A stretch of 64,000 bases of DNA from Pseudomonadota bacterium. GTDB taxonomy: Bacteria > Myxococcota_A > UBA796 > SXON01. Made by a program: the position numbers and the translations under genes. This document shows, in pieces, positions 24,265-34,293 of the stretch; within the stretch, counting starts at the first letter, position 1, and each line of letters opens with the position of its first letter. The notes below the pieces were generated by a model. The model made no database searches, was not told the origin of the DNA, and saw only the letters and a program-made list of their open reading frames with translations. Where the stretch lies: NCBI GenBank assembly GCA_039800105.1, contig JBDLRI010000025.1:2902-66901 (forward strand), written 5' to 3'.

Positions 24265-25695
24265 ATGTCCGTCCCCCGCCCCGATCCCCGCTACCTCGCG
24301 CTCGGCGAGGGCTACGCCGACGCGGTCGCGCCCGCGCGGTTCCCCGCGCACCGCCTGCGTTGGCGCAACGACCGCGCCGCCGCCGCCGTCGGCCTCACGG
24401 GCCTCGACGACGACGCCTGGATCGACCGCTTCGCGCGCTTCGCGCCGCTGCCGGACAACCTGCCGGAGCCGCTCGCGCTGCGCTACCACGGCCACCAGTT
24501 CCGCCACTACAACCCACACCTCGGCGACGGGCGCGGCTTTCTCTACGCCCAGTTCCGGGACGACCGCGGGCGACTCCTGGACCTGGGCACGAAGGGCAGC
24601 GGCACGACCCCATGGAGCCGCGGCGGCGACGGACGGCTGACGCTCAAGGGCGCCGTGCGCGAGCTGCTCGCGAGCGAGATGCTCGAGGCGCTCGGGGTGG
24701 ACACCTGCCGCACGCTCAGCATCGTGGAGACCGGAGAGTCGCTGGATCGCCACGACGAGCCGTCCCCGACGCGCGCCGCGGTGCTGGTGCGGCTCTCGCA
24801 CAGCCACGTGCGCGTCGGCACCTTCCAGCGGCTGGCGGCGCACGGCGACCGGCAACGCATGGCGCGGCTCGTAGCGTACGTCGCGGAGCACCTGCTGCCG
24901 CACGCGACGCCCACGCCCCGGGGCATCCTCGCGGCGAGCTGCGACCGCGCCGCCTGGACCTGCGGCGCCTGGATGGCTGCCGGATTCGTGCACGGCGTGC
25001 TCAACACCGACAACCAGAACCTGACCGGCGAGAGCTTCGACTACGGCCCGTGGCGCTTCACGCCCACCTACGACCCGTCCTTCGTCGCGGCGTACTTCGA
25101 CCACGAGGGGCTCTACGCCTTCGGGCGGCAGGCGGAGGCCGTGCACTGGAACCTGCGCGCGCTGGCGCAGTCGCTCGCGTTGCTCGGGGAGCCGCTCGAC
25201 GGCGCGCTGGACGGCTTCGCGGCCGCCTTCCACGCCGGCCTGCGCACCACCTTCCTGCGACGGCTCGGGGTCGCCTCCGCCGGCGAGGCCGGTGACACCA
25301 CGCTCTGCATGCTCGGGCTGGAAGCGCTTGCGCGCACGCGGGCGCCGCTGGTCGCGTTCTTCGACGCCTGGCACGGCGGCGCCGACGCGCGGCCCGGGGA
25401 TCATCCCGACGCCGCGACGTGGGCCTCGCCGGCGTTCGACCTCTTCCGCGAAGTCCATTCCGAGTATGTTTCCGTGGCAACGCCCCCTGGCACGTCGCCG
25501 GACCTGCACATCGACACGGTGGAGGCCCTGTGGGCGCCGATCGCGGCCCACGACGACTGGGCGCCGCTCCACGCCCACGTCGCGGGGATCCGCGCCCTCG
25601 GCGCGCGGCTCGGCCCGGCCACCCCGTACGCGGGGCTGGACGAATCCGTCACGGGGGGCGTTGCGGGGGGATGTCCCCCCGCCCCAGGTGAATAG
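24265..25695 (+). CDS. selO: Protein adenylyltransferase SelO (YdiU/UPF0061)
   Basis: ORF 24265..25695. LALRYHGHQFRHYNPHLGDGRGFLY, DLGTKGSGTTPWSRGGDGRLTLKGAVRELLASE, HSHVRVGTFQ, GFVHGVLNTDN, FDYGPW. The last 14 codons derive from repeat copy 25653-25688. Confidence 0.92.
   Translation: MSVPRPDPRYLALGEGYADAVAPARFPAHRLRWRNDRAAAAVGLTGLDDDAWIDRFARFAPLPDNLPEPLALRYHGHQFRHYNPHLGDGRGFLYAQFRDDRGRLLDLGTKGSGTTPWSRGGDGRLTLKGAVRELLASEMLEALGVDTCRTLSIVETGESLDRHDEPSPTRAAVLVRLSHSHVRVGTFQRLAAHGDRQRMARLVAYVAEHLLPHATPTPRGILAASCDRAAWTCGAWMAAGFVHGVLNTDNQNLTGESFDYGPWRFTPTYDPSFVAAYFDHEGLYAFGRQAEAVHWNLRALAQSLALLGEPLDGALDGFAAAFHAGLRTTFLRRLGVASAGEAGDTTLCMLGLEALARTRAPLVAFFDAWHGGADARPGDHPDAATWASPAFDLFREVHSEYVSVATPPGTSPDLHIDTVEALWAPIAAHDDWAPLHAHVAGIRALGARLGPATPYAGLDESVTGGVAGGCPPAPGE
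25653..25688 (+). repeat. GC-hairpin repeat copy
   Basis: ggggggcgttgcggggggatgtccccccgccccagg. Forms the last codons of selO. Confidence 0.85.
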
Positions 25696-25717
25696 CCTGC
25701 GACGAGGGGAGCATGTC

Positions 25718-25924
25718 ATGCACGACCGGCTGATCGCGCTCGAGGAGAAGTTGGCCTACCTGGAGAAGTACCTCTCGGAGCTCGACGGCGTCGTCCGCGC
25801 GCTCCACCAGGAGGTCGCCGGGGTCGTGCGCGAGATGGAGCGCCTGCGCGCCGCCGCCGCCCCCGAGGAGGACGAGGAGGGCACGGTGCGCATCGGCGGG
25901 CACGAGGTCCCGCCGCACTACTGA
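25718..25924 (+). CDS. slyX: SlyX-family coiled-coil protein
   Basis: Distal 68 codons of ORF 25292..25924. ATG 25718 follows GAGGGGAG. RLIALEEKLAYLEKYLSELDGVVRALHQEV and the terminal PPHY are typical of SlyX. Confidence 0.75.
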   Translation: MHDRLIALEEKLAYLEKYLSELDGVVRALHQEVAGVVREMERLRAAAAPEEDEEGTVRIGGHEVPPHY

Positions 25925-25931
25925 CGGCGCG

Positions 25932-26693
25932 TCAGGCCCACCTGCCGAGGTAGTGCGGGAGCATCTCGCGCCAGGTCGGCCAGTCGTGGTCGCCGTCCTT
26001 CCAGACGTCGACCCGGTGCGGGATTCCCTTCTCGCGCAGGATGGAGCCGATCGTGAAGCTGTAGTCGCGGTTCTCGTAGGGGCCGGCGCCCACGCCGAGG
26101 AGGAACACGGAGCGGCGGAGCGCGTCGAGCTGCGGGCCCTCGGCGAGGTTCGGCAGGAACTGCGAAGGGCTGTTGTAGTAGTAGTCCTCGTCCCAGTAGC
26201 CCTGCACGCGGCGGTCCAGGATGTAGGTGCCGCTCATGCCGACCATCAGCCCGAAGATCTCGGGGTGCTTGGCGGCGGCGTTGAGCGCGTTGAAGGCCCC
26301 GAGCGAGCTGCCGACGCAGCCGAACCGCTCGGGGGTGCCGCCGCAGTCGGCGCGGATGCGCGGCACCAGCTCGTCCACGATCCATCGGTCGTAGCGCACG
26401 GCCATCGCCACCTTCTCGCGCGGCGGAAGCTCGCGGTGGGTCCACCCCTGGCGGTCGACGCTGTCGGTGGCGTAGAGCTTGATGCGACCAGCGCGGATCA
26501 GCGGCTCGAGGCACTTCACGACGAGGAAGCGCTCGCAGTCGAGGAAGTCGCCCCCGCCGGTCGGGAACCACACCACGGGACGGCCGAAGTGGCCCCAGCG
26601 CGCGACGCCCATGGACAGTCCGAGCGCGTCGCTTTGCCAGCGCCACACCTCGCGGGGGATCGGGGGAAGCTCGGAAGGGTTCGAGTCGGTCAT
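25932..26693 (-). CDS. Esterase-family alpha/beta hydrolase
   Basis: Distal part of ORF 25932..26801, ATG 26693 (MTDSNPSE). Nucleophile-elbow-like GSSLGAF, plus GRPVVWFPTGGGD and HDWPTW; resembles the putative esterase (esterase D-like) family. Confidence 0.7.
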   Translation of the reverse strand: MTDSNPSELPPIPREVWRWQSDALGLSMGVARWGHFGRPVVWFPTGGGDFLDCERFLVVKCLEPLIRAGRIKLYATDSVDRQGWTHRELPPREKVAMAVRYDRWIVDELVPRIRADCGGTPERFGCVGSSLGAFNALNAAAKHPEIFGLMVGMSGTYILDRRVQGYWDEDYYYNSPSQFLPNLAEGPQLDALRRSVFLLGVGAGPYENRDYSFTIGSILREKGIPHRVDVWKDGDHDWPTWREMLPHYLGRWA

Positions 26694-26799
26694 GCGGGAG
26701 AGTGTACGCCATTTCGCGCGCCGCGCACGCGCTCGCGCGCACGCGCCCCCGCCGCCGTCGCGCGGCCGCGCCGCAGGCAGGCGCGGGTTAGGGCGCCGC

Positions 26800-27165
26800 A
26801 TGATCTCCTACGACGTCTACCGGATCGTCCACTTCGCGGGCTTGTTCCTGCTGTTCCTCAGCTTCGGCGGCCTGCTGGTGCACGTGCGCAACGGCGGCAC
26901 GCGCGAGGGCAACGCCTCGCGTCGCTGGATCGCGGCCAGCCACGGCGCGGCGATGTTCCTCGTGCTGCTCGGCGGCTTCGGCATGCTCGCGCGCCTCGGC
27001 GTGCATTCCCTCCCGGGATGGATCCACGGCAAGCTCACCGTGTGGGCCCTCATGGCCGCGGCGCTCGCGATTCCGTACCGGTTTCCACGCGCCGCGTCGG
27101 CGCTGTGGTTCGTACTGCCGACGCTGGCGCTCGCCGCCGCGTGGCTGGGCGCCCACCACGCCTGA
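26800..27165 (+). CDS. Small integral membrane protein (about 4 TM), unknown function
   Basis: Distal 121 codons of ORF 26479..27165, ATG 26800. Four hydrophobic segments ([61 protein letters not shown]). Confidence 0.6.
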   Translation: MISYDVYRIVHFAGLFLLFLSFGGLLVHVRNGGTREGNASRRWIAASHGAAMFLVLLGGFGMLARLGVHSLPGWIHGKLTVWALMAAALAIPYRFPRAASALWFVLPTLALAAAWLGAHHA

Positions 27166-27222
27166 TCGTTCGGCCAACCGAACACTGCGGTCGCGCGACG
27201 GGGCAGGACGAACCGCCGCGCG

Positions 27223-28362
27223 GTGCCTATGCCTCCCCGCGAGCAGGCGCCCAGTCCGGGTCGCGCTCACGAGGTCCCGGTGTCCCACCCCACGCTGTTC
27301 TCTTCCTGGAAGCTCGGTCGCGTCACGCTGCACAACCGCATCGTGATGGCGCCGATGACCCGCAACCGCTCGCCGGGCGGCGTGCCCGGGCCGATCGTCG
27401 CGCAGTACTACGCGCAGCGCGCCGAGGCCGGGCTGATCGTCACCGAAGGCGTGTCCCCCTCCCCCGACGGCATGGGCTACGCGCGGATCCCCGGCCTGTA
27501 CGACGCGGCCCAGGTCGCCGGCTGGAAGGCGGTGACCGACGCCGTGCACGCCGCGGGCGGCCACATCTTCGTCCAGCTCATGCACACCGGGCGCTCCACC
27601 GCGGCCGCCAACCTGCCGGAGGGCGCCCGCTGCGTCGGGCCGTCGACGCGCCCGCTCTCGCAGCCGGTGTGGACCGACAGCGCCGGCCAGCAGCCGGCCG
27701 CCCCCCCGCACGCGATGACCGAGGCGGACATCGAGGCGGCCATCGCCGGCTACGCACAGGCGGCGCGCAACGCCATCGCCGCGGGCTTCGACGGCGTCGA
27801 GATCCACGGCGCGAACGGCTACCTCGTCGATCAATTCCTCAACACCGCCTCCAACGACCGCACCGACGGCTGGGGCGGGAACGTGGCCGGCCGGGCCCGC
27901 TTCGCGCTCGCCGTCACGAAGGCCGTGGCCGACGCCATCGGCGCGGACCGCACCGGGATCCGCCTGTCCCCGTACGGGGTGTTCAACGACATGGCGCCCG
28001 ACGCGGACATGGACGCGCTCTACCTCCACCTCGCGCAGGGGCTGCAGGCGCTCGGCGTGGCGTACGTCCACCTCGTGGACCACAGCTCCATGGGCGCGCC
28101 GCAGGTGCCGGCCGCGCTCGTCGCGGGCATCCGCGCCACGTTCCGCGGCACGCTCGTGCTGTCGGGCGGCTACGACGCCGACCGCGCCGAGACCGATCTC
28201 GTCGCCGGACGCGGAGACCTCGTGGCGTTCGGGCGCCCGTTCATCGCCAACCCGCGCCTGCCGTCGAAGTTCCGCGCGGGGTCCACGCTGCGCGCGCCCG
28301 ACTTCGCCACGTTCTACACGCCCGGCGAGGCCGGCTACACCGACTACCCGCTCGACACCTGA
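27223..28362 (+). CDS. NADH:flavin oxidoreductase / alkene reductase (Old Yellow Enzyme family)
   Basis: ORF 27223..28362, GTG start (ATG 27229 alternative). [66 protein letters not shown]. Confidence 0.9.
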   Translation: MPMPPREQAPSPGRAHEVPVSHPTLFSSWKLGRVTLHNRIVMAPMTRNRSPGGVPGPIVAQYYAQRAEAGLIVTEGVSPSPDGMGYARIPGLYDAAQVAGWKAVTDAVHAAGGHIFVQLMHTGRSTAAANLPEGARCVGPSTRPLSQPVWTDSAGQQPAAPPHAMTEADIEAAIAGYAQAARNAIAAGFDGVEIHGANGYLVDQFLNTASNDRTDGWGGNVAGRARFALAVTKAVADAIGADRTGIRLSPYGVFNDMAPDADMDALYLHLAQGLQALGVAYVHLVDHSSMGAPQVPAALVAGIRATFRGTLVLSGGYDADRAETDLVAGRGDLVAFGRPFIANPRLPSKFRAGSTLRAPDFATFYTPGEAGYTDYPLDT

Positions 28363-28367
28363 TGCGG

Positions 28368-28409
28368 ATGGGGGCGGAGGGGGGCAGCCCCCTCCGCAAC
28401 GCCTCCCCC
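28368..28409 (-). repeat. GC-hairpin repeat copy between convergent genes
   Basis: atgggggcggaggggggcagccccctccgcaacgcctccccc. Fills the 54-nt gap between the OYE and hsp20 stops. Possible bidirectional terminator (inference only). Confidence 0.85.
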
Positions 28410-28416
28410 GGGCGGG

Positions 28417-28920
28417 CTACTGCACCTTGTTGGTGCCGCGACCCGTCGGGGTGCCGCCTCGGCCGAGCGCGATCGTGCGCGCCTGCACCTCGGGGCGCTT
28501 GGGTACCTGGATGCACAGCACGCCGTTCTCGAGGTTGGCCTTGATGGCCTCGGTGTTCACGCCCTCGGGGAGCGTGAAATTCCGCGAGAACTGCCCGTAG
28601 CCGCGCTCGCAGGTGTAGTAGTTCTCGCCCTCCTCGCGGGTCTCGTAGGTGCGGTTCCCGCTCACCGAGAGGCGGTTGCCGGTGATGGAGACCTGCACGT
28701 CCTCCTCGCACATGCCGGGGAGGTCCGCCTCGAAGACGTAGGAGTCGCGGGTCTCCTTCACGTCGAACAGCGCGTTGTAGCCGCCGCGGGGCCGCGTCTC
28801 GACGAACCCGAAGTCACGGAACGGGTCCCAGCGCATCATGTCGCGCATCATGCGCCAGGGATCGATCTCGCGGGCCACCCCGTACTCGTTGCCCGTGACG
28901 TCTCGCCGAACGATGTCCAT
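28417..28920 (-). CDS. Hsp20/alpha-crystallin small heat-shock protein
   Basis: ORF 28417..28920, ATG preceded by GGAGGTAGGAC. FDVKETRDSYVFEADLPG, GQFSRNFTLPEGV, ANLENGVLCIQVPK. Confidence 0.92.
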   Translation of the reverse strand: MDIVRRDVTGNEYGVAREIDPWRMMRDMMRWDPFRDFGFVETRPRGGYNALFDVKETRDSYVFEADLPGMCEEDVQVSITGNRLSVSGNRTYETREEGENYYTCERGYGQFSRNFTLPEGVNTEAIKANLENGVLCIQVPKRPEVQARTIALGRGGTPTGRGTNKVQ

Positions 28921-29000
28921 GTCCTACCTCCGTTGTGGGACAGGGCGAACCTAGGCGCGACCCCCGGGGCGAAAAGCGCGGACCGGGCGTTTCATCGGTA

Positions 29001-29702
29001 TTATTTCTTTACCTCGAACCCCAGCTCGAACGCGCCCTGCCCCTCCACCTCCGCGTGGAGCACGACGGGGCGCGCGCCCGCGCCGCCGCGTGGACCCGAC
29101 AGCAGCCCCGTGGCGGGATCGAACGACAGCGGACGCTCCGTGCCGCCGTCGGCAGCGTGACCGCGCACGCCCGCGCGCAAGGCCTCGCGGCGGGCGTCGC
29201 TCATCCAGAACTCCAGGCGTTCGCCCACCTCGCGGAACTCGACGTGGACGTCGCGGTACATGCTCACCACGCCGCCGTGCAGCGCGGTGTGGTCGTGCTC
29301 GGCAAGACCGACCGACGGCGCGTCGAACCGCAGCGACCGTGGGGCGCCGTCGGCGTCCAGGAGCGCGACCGCGCTCGCCGGCTGACCCTGCGTGAGCGTC
29401 GCGACGGCGTGCAGGTGCGGCCCCATCGGGGCGAGGTCGGCCCGGACGACCCGGTCGCCCTGTTGGAGGAGGACGGTGCCACCGCGCCCGTCCGGCGCCA
29501 CGTCCCGCCCGTCCGCGTCCGTGAGCCAGACCATCAGCCCGCCCGGTGCCAGCACGCCCTCGGCCCAGAGCGATCCGAGCGGCCGCACGGTGCCGCCATG
29601 ACGTGGCGACGGCGCGACGCCGCCCGGGGCCGTTGCGCCTCCGGGCTCGGGCGCGGGTCCTCCGCAACCGGCAAGGAGCAGGAGCAACACGATGCGGTAC
29701 AT
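29001..29702 (-). CDS. Lipoprotein with two HGG-initiated modules, directly downstream of the RND pump
   Basis: ORF 29001..29702, MYRIVLLLLLAGC lipobox. Two similar modules begin at HGGTVRPLG... and HGGVVSMYRD.... The start lies 4 nt after the pump stop. Confidence 0.7.
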   Translation of the reverse strand: MYRIVLLLLLAGCGGPAPEPGGATAPGGVAPSPRHGGTVRPLGSLWAEGVLAPGGLMVWLTDADGRDVAPDGRGGTVLLQQGDRVVRADLAPMGPHLHAVATLTQGQPASAVALLDADGAPRSLRFDAPSVGLAEHDHTALHGGVVSMYRDVHVEFREVGERLEFWMSDARREALRAGVRGHAADGGTERPLSFDPATGLLSGPRGGAGARPVVLHAEVEGQGAFELGFEVKK

Positions 29703-29705
29703 GCC

Positions 29706-32700
29706 TCACTCCTCGGCGCACGCGCGACGTAGCGCGGCGCCACCGTCCCGTACCAGCAGGGCCGGGGTCACGAACAGGTCCAGCAGTGTCGCGACGCACA
29801 GACCCCCGAGCACGACCTGGGCGACCGGCGCCAGGATCTCGCGCCCCGGTGCGTTCGGCGTCCATGCCAGCGGAACGAGCGCGATGCCCGCCGCCAGCGC
29901 CGTCATCGCCACGGGGACGATCCGTTCCCGCGCGGCCTGCACCACGACCGCGGCGAGCGCATCCGCCGTGGGCACCCCCCCGGCCTCCCGGGCAAGGTCC
30001 CGCGCGTGGCCGAGCAGCAGCAGCGTGTTGCGGCTGGCGATGCCAGCGAGCGTGACGAACCCGGCCATCGCGGCGACGGAGATGGGCGTGCCGGCCAGCC
30101 ACAGCGCCACCACCCCGCCTGCGCCGGCCAACGGCAGGTTGACCAGCACCTGTGCCACGAGCCGATGCGACCGCAGGTGCCGCGCGAGCACGACCCAGAT
30201 CACGGCGAGGGCCGCCACGGACCAGAGCGCCATGCGCATCGCCGCGTCCTCCTGCGCCGCCAGGCGTCCTTCGAGACGCCACGCCGCCCGCGGCGGCCGG
30301 GTGCGGAGCGCCGCGCGCAGCGCCTCCACGACGTCCGCGCCGGCGGCATCTCCCGCGAGTCCAGCGGTCACCGCCACGCGCGGGCGGCCCTCCTCCCGGG
30401 ACACCTCGACCGCACCGGGCTCCTCCACGACGCGCGCCACCTGGCCCACGTCCAGCATGCGTCCGTCCGCGGTGGCCCACGGCAGGCCCGCGAGGCCCCG
30501 CCCGTCGAGCAGCCCGTCCGGTCCGGGGGTCGCGCGCACCACGATCGGCACGCGCAGGGCCCCGTCCGGGACCTCTCGGACCGTCCGACCCGCCACGGCC
30601 ACGTCCAACTCGCGCGCAAGCTCCCCGGGCGAGGTCCGCAGCGCGGCGAACACCTCCGGACGCGGGCGCACGCGCAGCTCCGGCACCCCCGCGGAGGCCT
30701 CGGCGCGCACGTCCACGAGGCCCGGGACCCCACGGAGGGTCTGCGCCAGGCGCTCCGCCTCCACGCGCAAGACGCCGCGGTCCTCGCCGAAGAGCTTGAC
30801 CACCACCGCCGCGCGCACGCCCGACAGCAGGTGGTCCAGGCGATGGCCGATCGGCTGTCCCACCGCCACCACGAGCGGACCGAACGGCGACAGCGCCTCG
30901 CGCAGCACGTCGATCCGCGGGAGGCGCCCCGGCGCGAACGCGACCTCGATCTCGGCGGCGTGCGTGCCCTCGGCGTGCTCGTCGCCCTCCGCGCGTCCGG
31001 TGCGCCGGCCGGTGTGCGTCACGCCGTCGACCGCGAGCAGACGCCGCTCCGCCCGCGCCGCGAGCGCGTCGGTGACGGCCAGCGTGGTGCCGGGCGCCGT
31101 CCAGAGGTTCACGGTGGCGGTCCCCTCGCGAAACGCGGGCAGGAAGGTGCGCGGCAGCCATGCCGCGGACACCAGCGCCACCCCCGCGACCAGCCCCGTC
31201 GCGAGCAGCACGGTCCGGGGCCGGCGCACCGCCAGCGTGGCGGAGCGCGTCGAGAGGCGGTGCAGCCACGTCACGACGCGCCCGTCCGCGTGCTCCTCGG
31301 CATCGCTCGGCAGCCAGGCGGCGCACAGGACGGGCGTCAGGGTGAGCGACACGACCATCGACGCCAGGATCGCCACCCCGTAGGCCAGGGCGAGCGGCGC
31401 GAGCAGGCGTCCCTCCATCCCGCCGAGCGCGGCGAGCGGAACCATGGCGAGCACGACCACGAGGGTGCTGTAGACGATCGACCCGCGGACCTCGGCGCTC
31501 GCGCGGAAGAGCACGTCCCGCACGGCCACGTCCGGATCGATCCGTCGCGCCTCGCGGAGACGTCGCCAGGCGTTCTCCACGTCCACGATCGCGTCGTCGA
31601 CCAGCTCGCCGACCGCCACCGCGAACCCGCCGAGCGTCATGGTGTCCACGCCGAAGCCCGCGAGCCAGAGGACCGCCACCGCCGCGCCCAGCGAGACGGG
31701 CAACGCGGCGAGCGAGATGGCCACCAGCCGTCCGCGGCGGAGCACCACGAGCAGCACGAGCGCCACGAGGACGGCGCCGTCCCGGAGCGCGACGAACACG
31801 TTGACGACCGAGGCATCGACGAAGTCGGCCTGTCGGAACAGCACCCGGACCTGCGCCCCCGCCGGCAGCTCCGTGTCCGCCGCGGACAACACCGCCTCCA
31901 GCGCGCGCGTCACCGCGCGCGTGTCCGCGCCGGGGGCCTTGAGTACGGACAGCACCACGCCGGGTACGCCGTTGACGCCGGCCGCCCCCCAGGCGGGGGC
32001 CGCGCCGCGCACCACCTGCGCGACGTCCCCCACCCGAAGCTCCTCGCGCACGGTCGCGCGGGCCAGCCCGTCGGGATCGAGCGGCGACCCGGCGACGCGC
32101 ACGACCCCCTCCGTCTCTCCCAGCCGCACGCGACCCGCCGCCAGCACGTCGGTCGCGCGGGCAACGGCGTCGGCGAGGTCCTGCCAGCCGACCCCGCGGG
32201 CCGCCATGGCCGACGGGTCGCCGCGCACCTCGAGCGCGGGGCGGCCGCCGCCGATGACGGACACCTGCGCCACACCCGGCACTGCCGCGAGGCGTGCCCG
32301 CAGGCGCCCCTCGGCCGCCGCGCGGAGGGAGTCCACCGAGGCGTCGCCCTCGGGGGACCAGACGCCCACCAGCATCACCTCGCCCATGACGGAGCTCGGC
32401 GGGGCGAGCGTGGGCGTCACGCCGGCCGGCAGACGCGGGGCGGCGAGCGGAAGGCGCTCGGTCACCTGCAGGCGCGCCATGCGCCCTTCGACGCCCCAGT
32501 CGAACTCGGCCGTCACGATCGCGATGCCCGGCGTGACACGCGTGCGAAGCCGCGCGAGACCCGGCATGCCCGCCAGCACCGCCTCGACCGGCGCCGCGAC
32601 CTGGGCCTCCACGTCCGACGTGGAGAGCGCGCCCGCCTCGACGAGCACCGTGACCACCGGGCGGTCCAGGTTCGGCAGAACGTCCACCGGCAGGGTGCGC

Positions 32701-32789
32701 GCGGTCAGGACCCCGAGCAGGCACACCACCAGCGCGGCGAGCATCGTCGTGCGCGGGTGCGCGAGCGACAGGCGCAGGAGGGCGAGCAC
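29706..32789 (-). CDS. Heavy-metal efflux RND pump (CusA/CzcA family)
   Basis: Distal 1027 codons of ORF 29706..32879, GTG 32789. PVDVLPNLDRPVVTVLVEAGALSTSDVEAQV, GGFAVAVGELVDDAIVDVEN. 12-TM RND architecture with two large periplasmic loops. Confidence 0.9.
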   Translation of the reverse strand: MLALLRLSLAHPRTTMLAALVVCLLGVLTARTLPVDVLPNLDRPVVTVLVEAGALSTSDVEAQVAAPVEAVLAGMPGLARLRTRVTPGIAIVTAEFDWGVEGRMARLQVTERLPLAAPRLPAGVTPTLAPPSSVMGEVMLVGVWSPEGDASVDSLRAAAEGRLRARLAAVPGVAQVSVIGGGRPALEVRGDPSAMAARGVGWQDLADAVARATDVLAAGRVRLGETEGVVRVAGSPLDPDGLARATVREELRVGDVAQVVRGAAPAWGAAGVNGVPGVVLSVLKAPGADTRAVTRALEAVLSAADTELPAGAQVRVLFRQADFVDASVVNVFVALRDGAVLVALVLLVVLRRGRLVAISLAALPVSLGAAVAVLWLAGFGVDTMTLGGFAVAVGELVDDAIVDVENAWRRLREARRIDPDVAVRDVLFRASAEVRGSIVYSTLVVVLAMVPLAALGGMEGRLLAPLALAYGVAILASMVVSLTLTPVLCAAWLPSDAEEHADGRVVTWLHRLSTRSATLAVRRPRTVLLATGLVAGVALVSAAWLPRTFLPAFREGTATVNLWTAPGTTLAVTDALAARAERRLLAVDGVTHTGRRTGRAEGDEHAEGTHAAEIEVAFAPGRLPRIDVLREALSPFGPLVVAVGQPIGHRLDHLLSGVRAAVVVKLFGEDRGVLRVEAERLAQTLRGVPGLVDVRAEASAGVPELRVRPRPEVFAALRTSPGELARELDVAVAGRTVREVPDGALRVPIVVRATPGPDGLLDGRGLAGLPWATADGRMLDVGQVARVVEEPGAVEVSREEGRPRVAVTAGLAGDAAGADVVEALRAALRTRPPRAAWRLEGRLAAQEDAAMRMALWSVAALAVIWVVLARHLRSHRLVAQVLVNLPLAGAGGVVALWLAGTPISVAAMAGFVTLAGIASRNTLLLLGHARDLAREAGGVPTADALAAVVVQAARERIVPVAMTALAAGIALVPLAWTPNAPGREILAPVAQVVLGGLCVATLLDLFVTPALLVRDGGAALRRACAEE

Positions 32790-32793
32790 GACC

Positions 32794-34293
32794 TCAGCCG
32801 CCCAGTCGCGCGCGCAAGGCGTGGGCGCCCGCGACCACCACGCGCTCGCCGTCGGAGACCCCGTCCAGCACGCGCACACGCGCCCCGTCCGAGGCCCCGA
32901 CGCGCACCTCGCGCAGCGCGAAGCCCTCGGGCCCGGTCTTCACCAGCACCGTGGGGACGCCGTGCCGGGGCACCACCGCGTCCACCGGGACCGCGAGGCC
33001 CTCGTCCGGCTCGCCCGACGCGATGGCGACCCGCGCGGCCGCGCCCGGCGGCAGGGGCGCGTCGCACGCCACGGTCACGGGGACGCGTCCGTTGGCGGGA
33101 TCGACCTCGTGGCCGGCGTCGAGCACCACGGCGGCGAGGACCGGCGCGTCCTCCCGCGCCACGCGGCGGACCTGCGCCGTCGCGCCGGCCCGGATCCCCG
33201 CCGCGTCACGCTCCGGAACGTGCACGCGCACCCAGCTCGCCGCCGTGCCCACGACGCGCGCGAGGGCGTCCCCGGCGCGGACGACCTCGCCGGGCTGCAC
33301 CAGCAAGGCCGCGAGCGTCCCGCCGAAGGGCACGCGCACCGGCACGCCCGAGGACGCGTCGCGCCATGCCCGCGCGGATGCGTCCGCCGTCTTCGCCGCG
33401 GCGTCGCGCCGCGCGCGCTCGCGTCCCGACACCACGCCCGTGGCACGCGCGGCACGCGCGGCGTCCTCCAGCGCCACCTCGCGCTCCACGGCGGCGCCGG
33501 TGCGCCGGGACGCCAGCTCCGCGCGCTCCAGCGGGCCGACCAGCTCGCGGACGCGGGCGAACACCTCCCCGGCACGAAGGCGCGTGCCGGGCTGGGGACG
33601 CCCACCGACCGGCTGGAACACGCCATCCGACGGCGCCCGCAGCGTCGCCGCGCCCCCCGGCGCCGGAACGACGTGCCCGACCCCCTCGAGGACCGGCGCG
33701 ACGCGCACGGCCTCCGCGCGCGCCGTGCGAAGTCCGACCAGCAGCTGGGTCTCGAGCGGCATCGCCAGCACGCCCTCCACCCGACGCGCGACCGCGGTCC
33801 GCGCCGCCCCGACCCTCACGCCGTCGACGCCGACCAGCCCCACGTGCTCCGCCTCGCGCACCGCCAGCGCCCCGGCCCAGATCCCGGCGGGCAGGGGCTC
33901 CGCGACACGCCAGGCACCGCCGGCCTCGGCCTGCAGCTCACCCTCCACCACGGAACCCTCCGCCGACCGCCACCAGGCACGTACGGTGCCCGTCTCCACG
34001 GGCGACGTCGTGTCCGCACGGACGATCCACAGGCGCGGGCGGCCCCCGTCGACACTGGCCAGGACGGCCTCGTAGCCACCCTGCGGCGCCGATTCGACGT
34101 TTGCCTGGGGCAGGGGGGGCTCCGCCCCCCCCGCAACGCCCCCCCCGTCGTGGTCCCCGTCGCCGTGGTCCTCGTCCGCGTGGTCATCCCCGCCGTGGTC
34201 ATCCCCGCCGTGGGCGAGGGCGCGCCCGACTCCCAGCACGAGCAGCAGCCCCAGCCCGGCCACGCGCATCCGACGCCCTGTTCCCATCGTCAT
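32794..34293 (-). CDS. RND efflux periplasmic adaptor (CusB/CzcB-like) with an N-terminal His/Asp-rich tract
   Basis: ORF 32794..34338. ATG 34293 overlaps the upstream stop (ATGA); ATG 34287 is the alternative. Signal/TM MRVAGLGLLLVLGVG, then HGGDDHGGDDHADEDHGDGDHD. MFP-type hairpin, lipoyl and beta-barrel regions (RAGEVFARV, PFGGTLAALLVQPGEVVRAGDALARV). Confidence 0.85.
   Translation of the reverse strand: MTMGTGRRMRVAGLGLLLVLGVGRALAHGGDDHGGDDHADEDHGDGDHDGGGVAGGAEPPLPQANVESAPQGGYEAVLASVDGGRPRLWIVRADTTSPVETGTVRAWWRSAEGSVVEGELQAEAGGAWRVAEPLPAGIWAGALAVREAEHVGLVGVDGVRVGAARTAVARRVEGVLAMPLETQLLVGLRTARAEAVRVAPVLEGVGHVVPAPGGAATLRAPSDGVFQPVGGRPQPGTRLRAGEVFARVRELVGPLERAELASRRTGAAVEREVALEDAARAARATGVVSGRERARRDAAAKTADASARAWRDASSGVPVRVPFGGTLAALLVQPGEVVRAGDALARVVGTAASWVRVHVPERDAAGIRAGATAQVRRVAREDAPVLAAVVLDAGHEVDPANGRVPVTVACDAPLPPGAAARVAIASGEPDEGLAVPVDAVVPRHGVPTVLVKTGPEGFALREVRVGASDGARVRVLDGVSDGERVVVAGAHALRARLGG
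34104..34146 (-). repeat. GC-hairpin repeat copy
   Basis: cctggggcagggggggctccgccccccccgcaacgcccccccc, in frame inside the RND adaptor just after the His/Asp tract. Confidence 0.85.

Noticed and set aside
24265-25695. Possible selenocysteine recoding in selO.
   Set aside because: The frame is continuous with no in-frame TGA. The gene ends at TAG after repeat-derived codons. Bacterial SelO homologs generally lack Sec, and no SECIS-like context was evident.
28921-29010. Locally AT-richer patch (taaagaaataataccgatgaaa on the minus strand) upstream of hsp20, considered as a special regulatory element or foreign DNA.
   Set aside because: Part of it is simply the Lys-Lys-stop end of the upstream lipoprotein gene. 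The rest is an ~80-bp promoter/RBS region. I could not match a sigma-54 or other defined promoter with correct spacing, so no claim is made.
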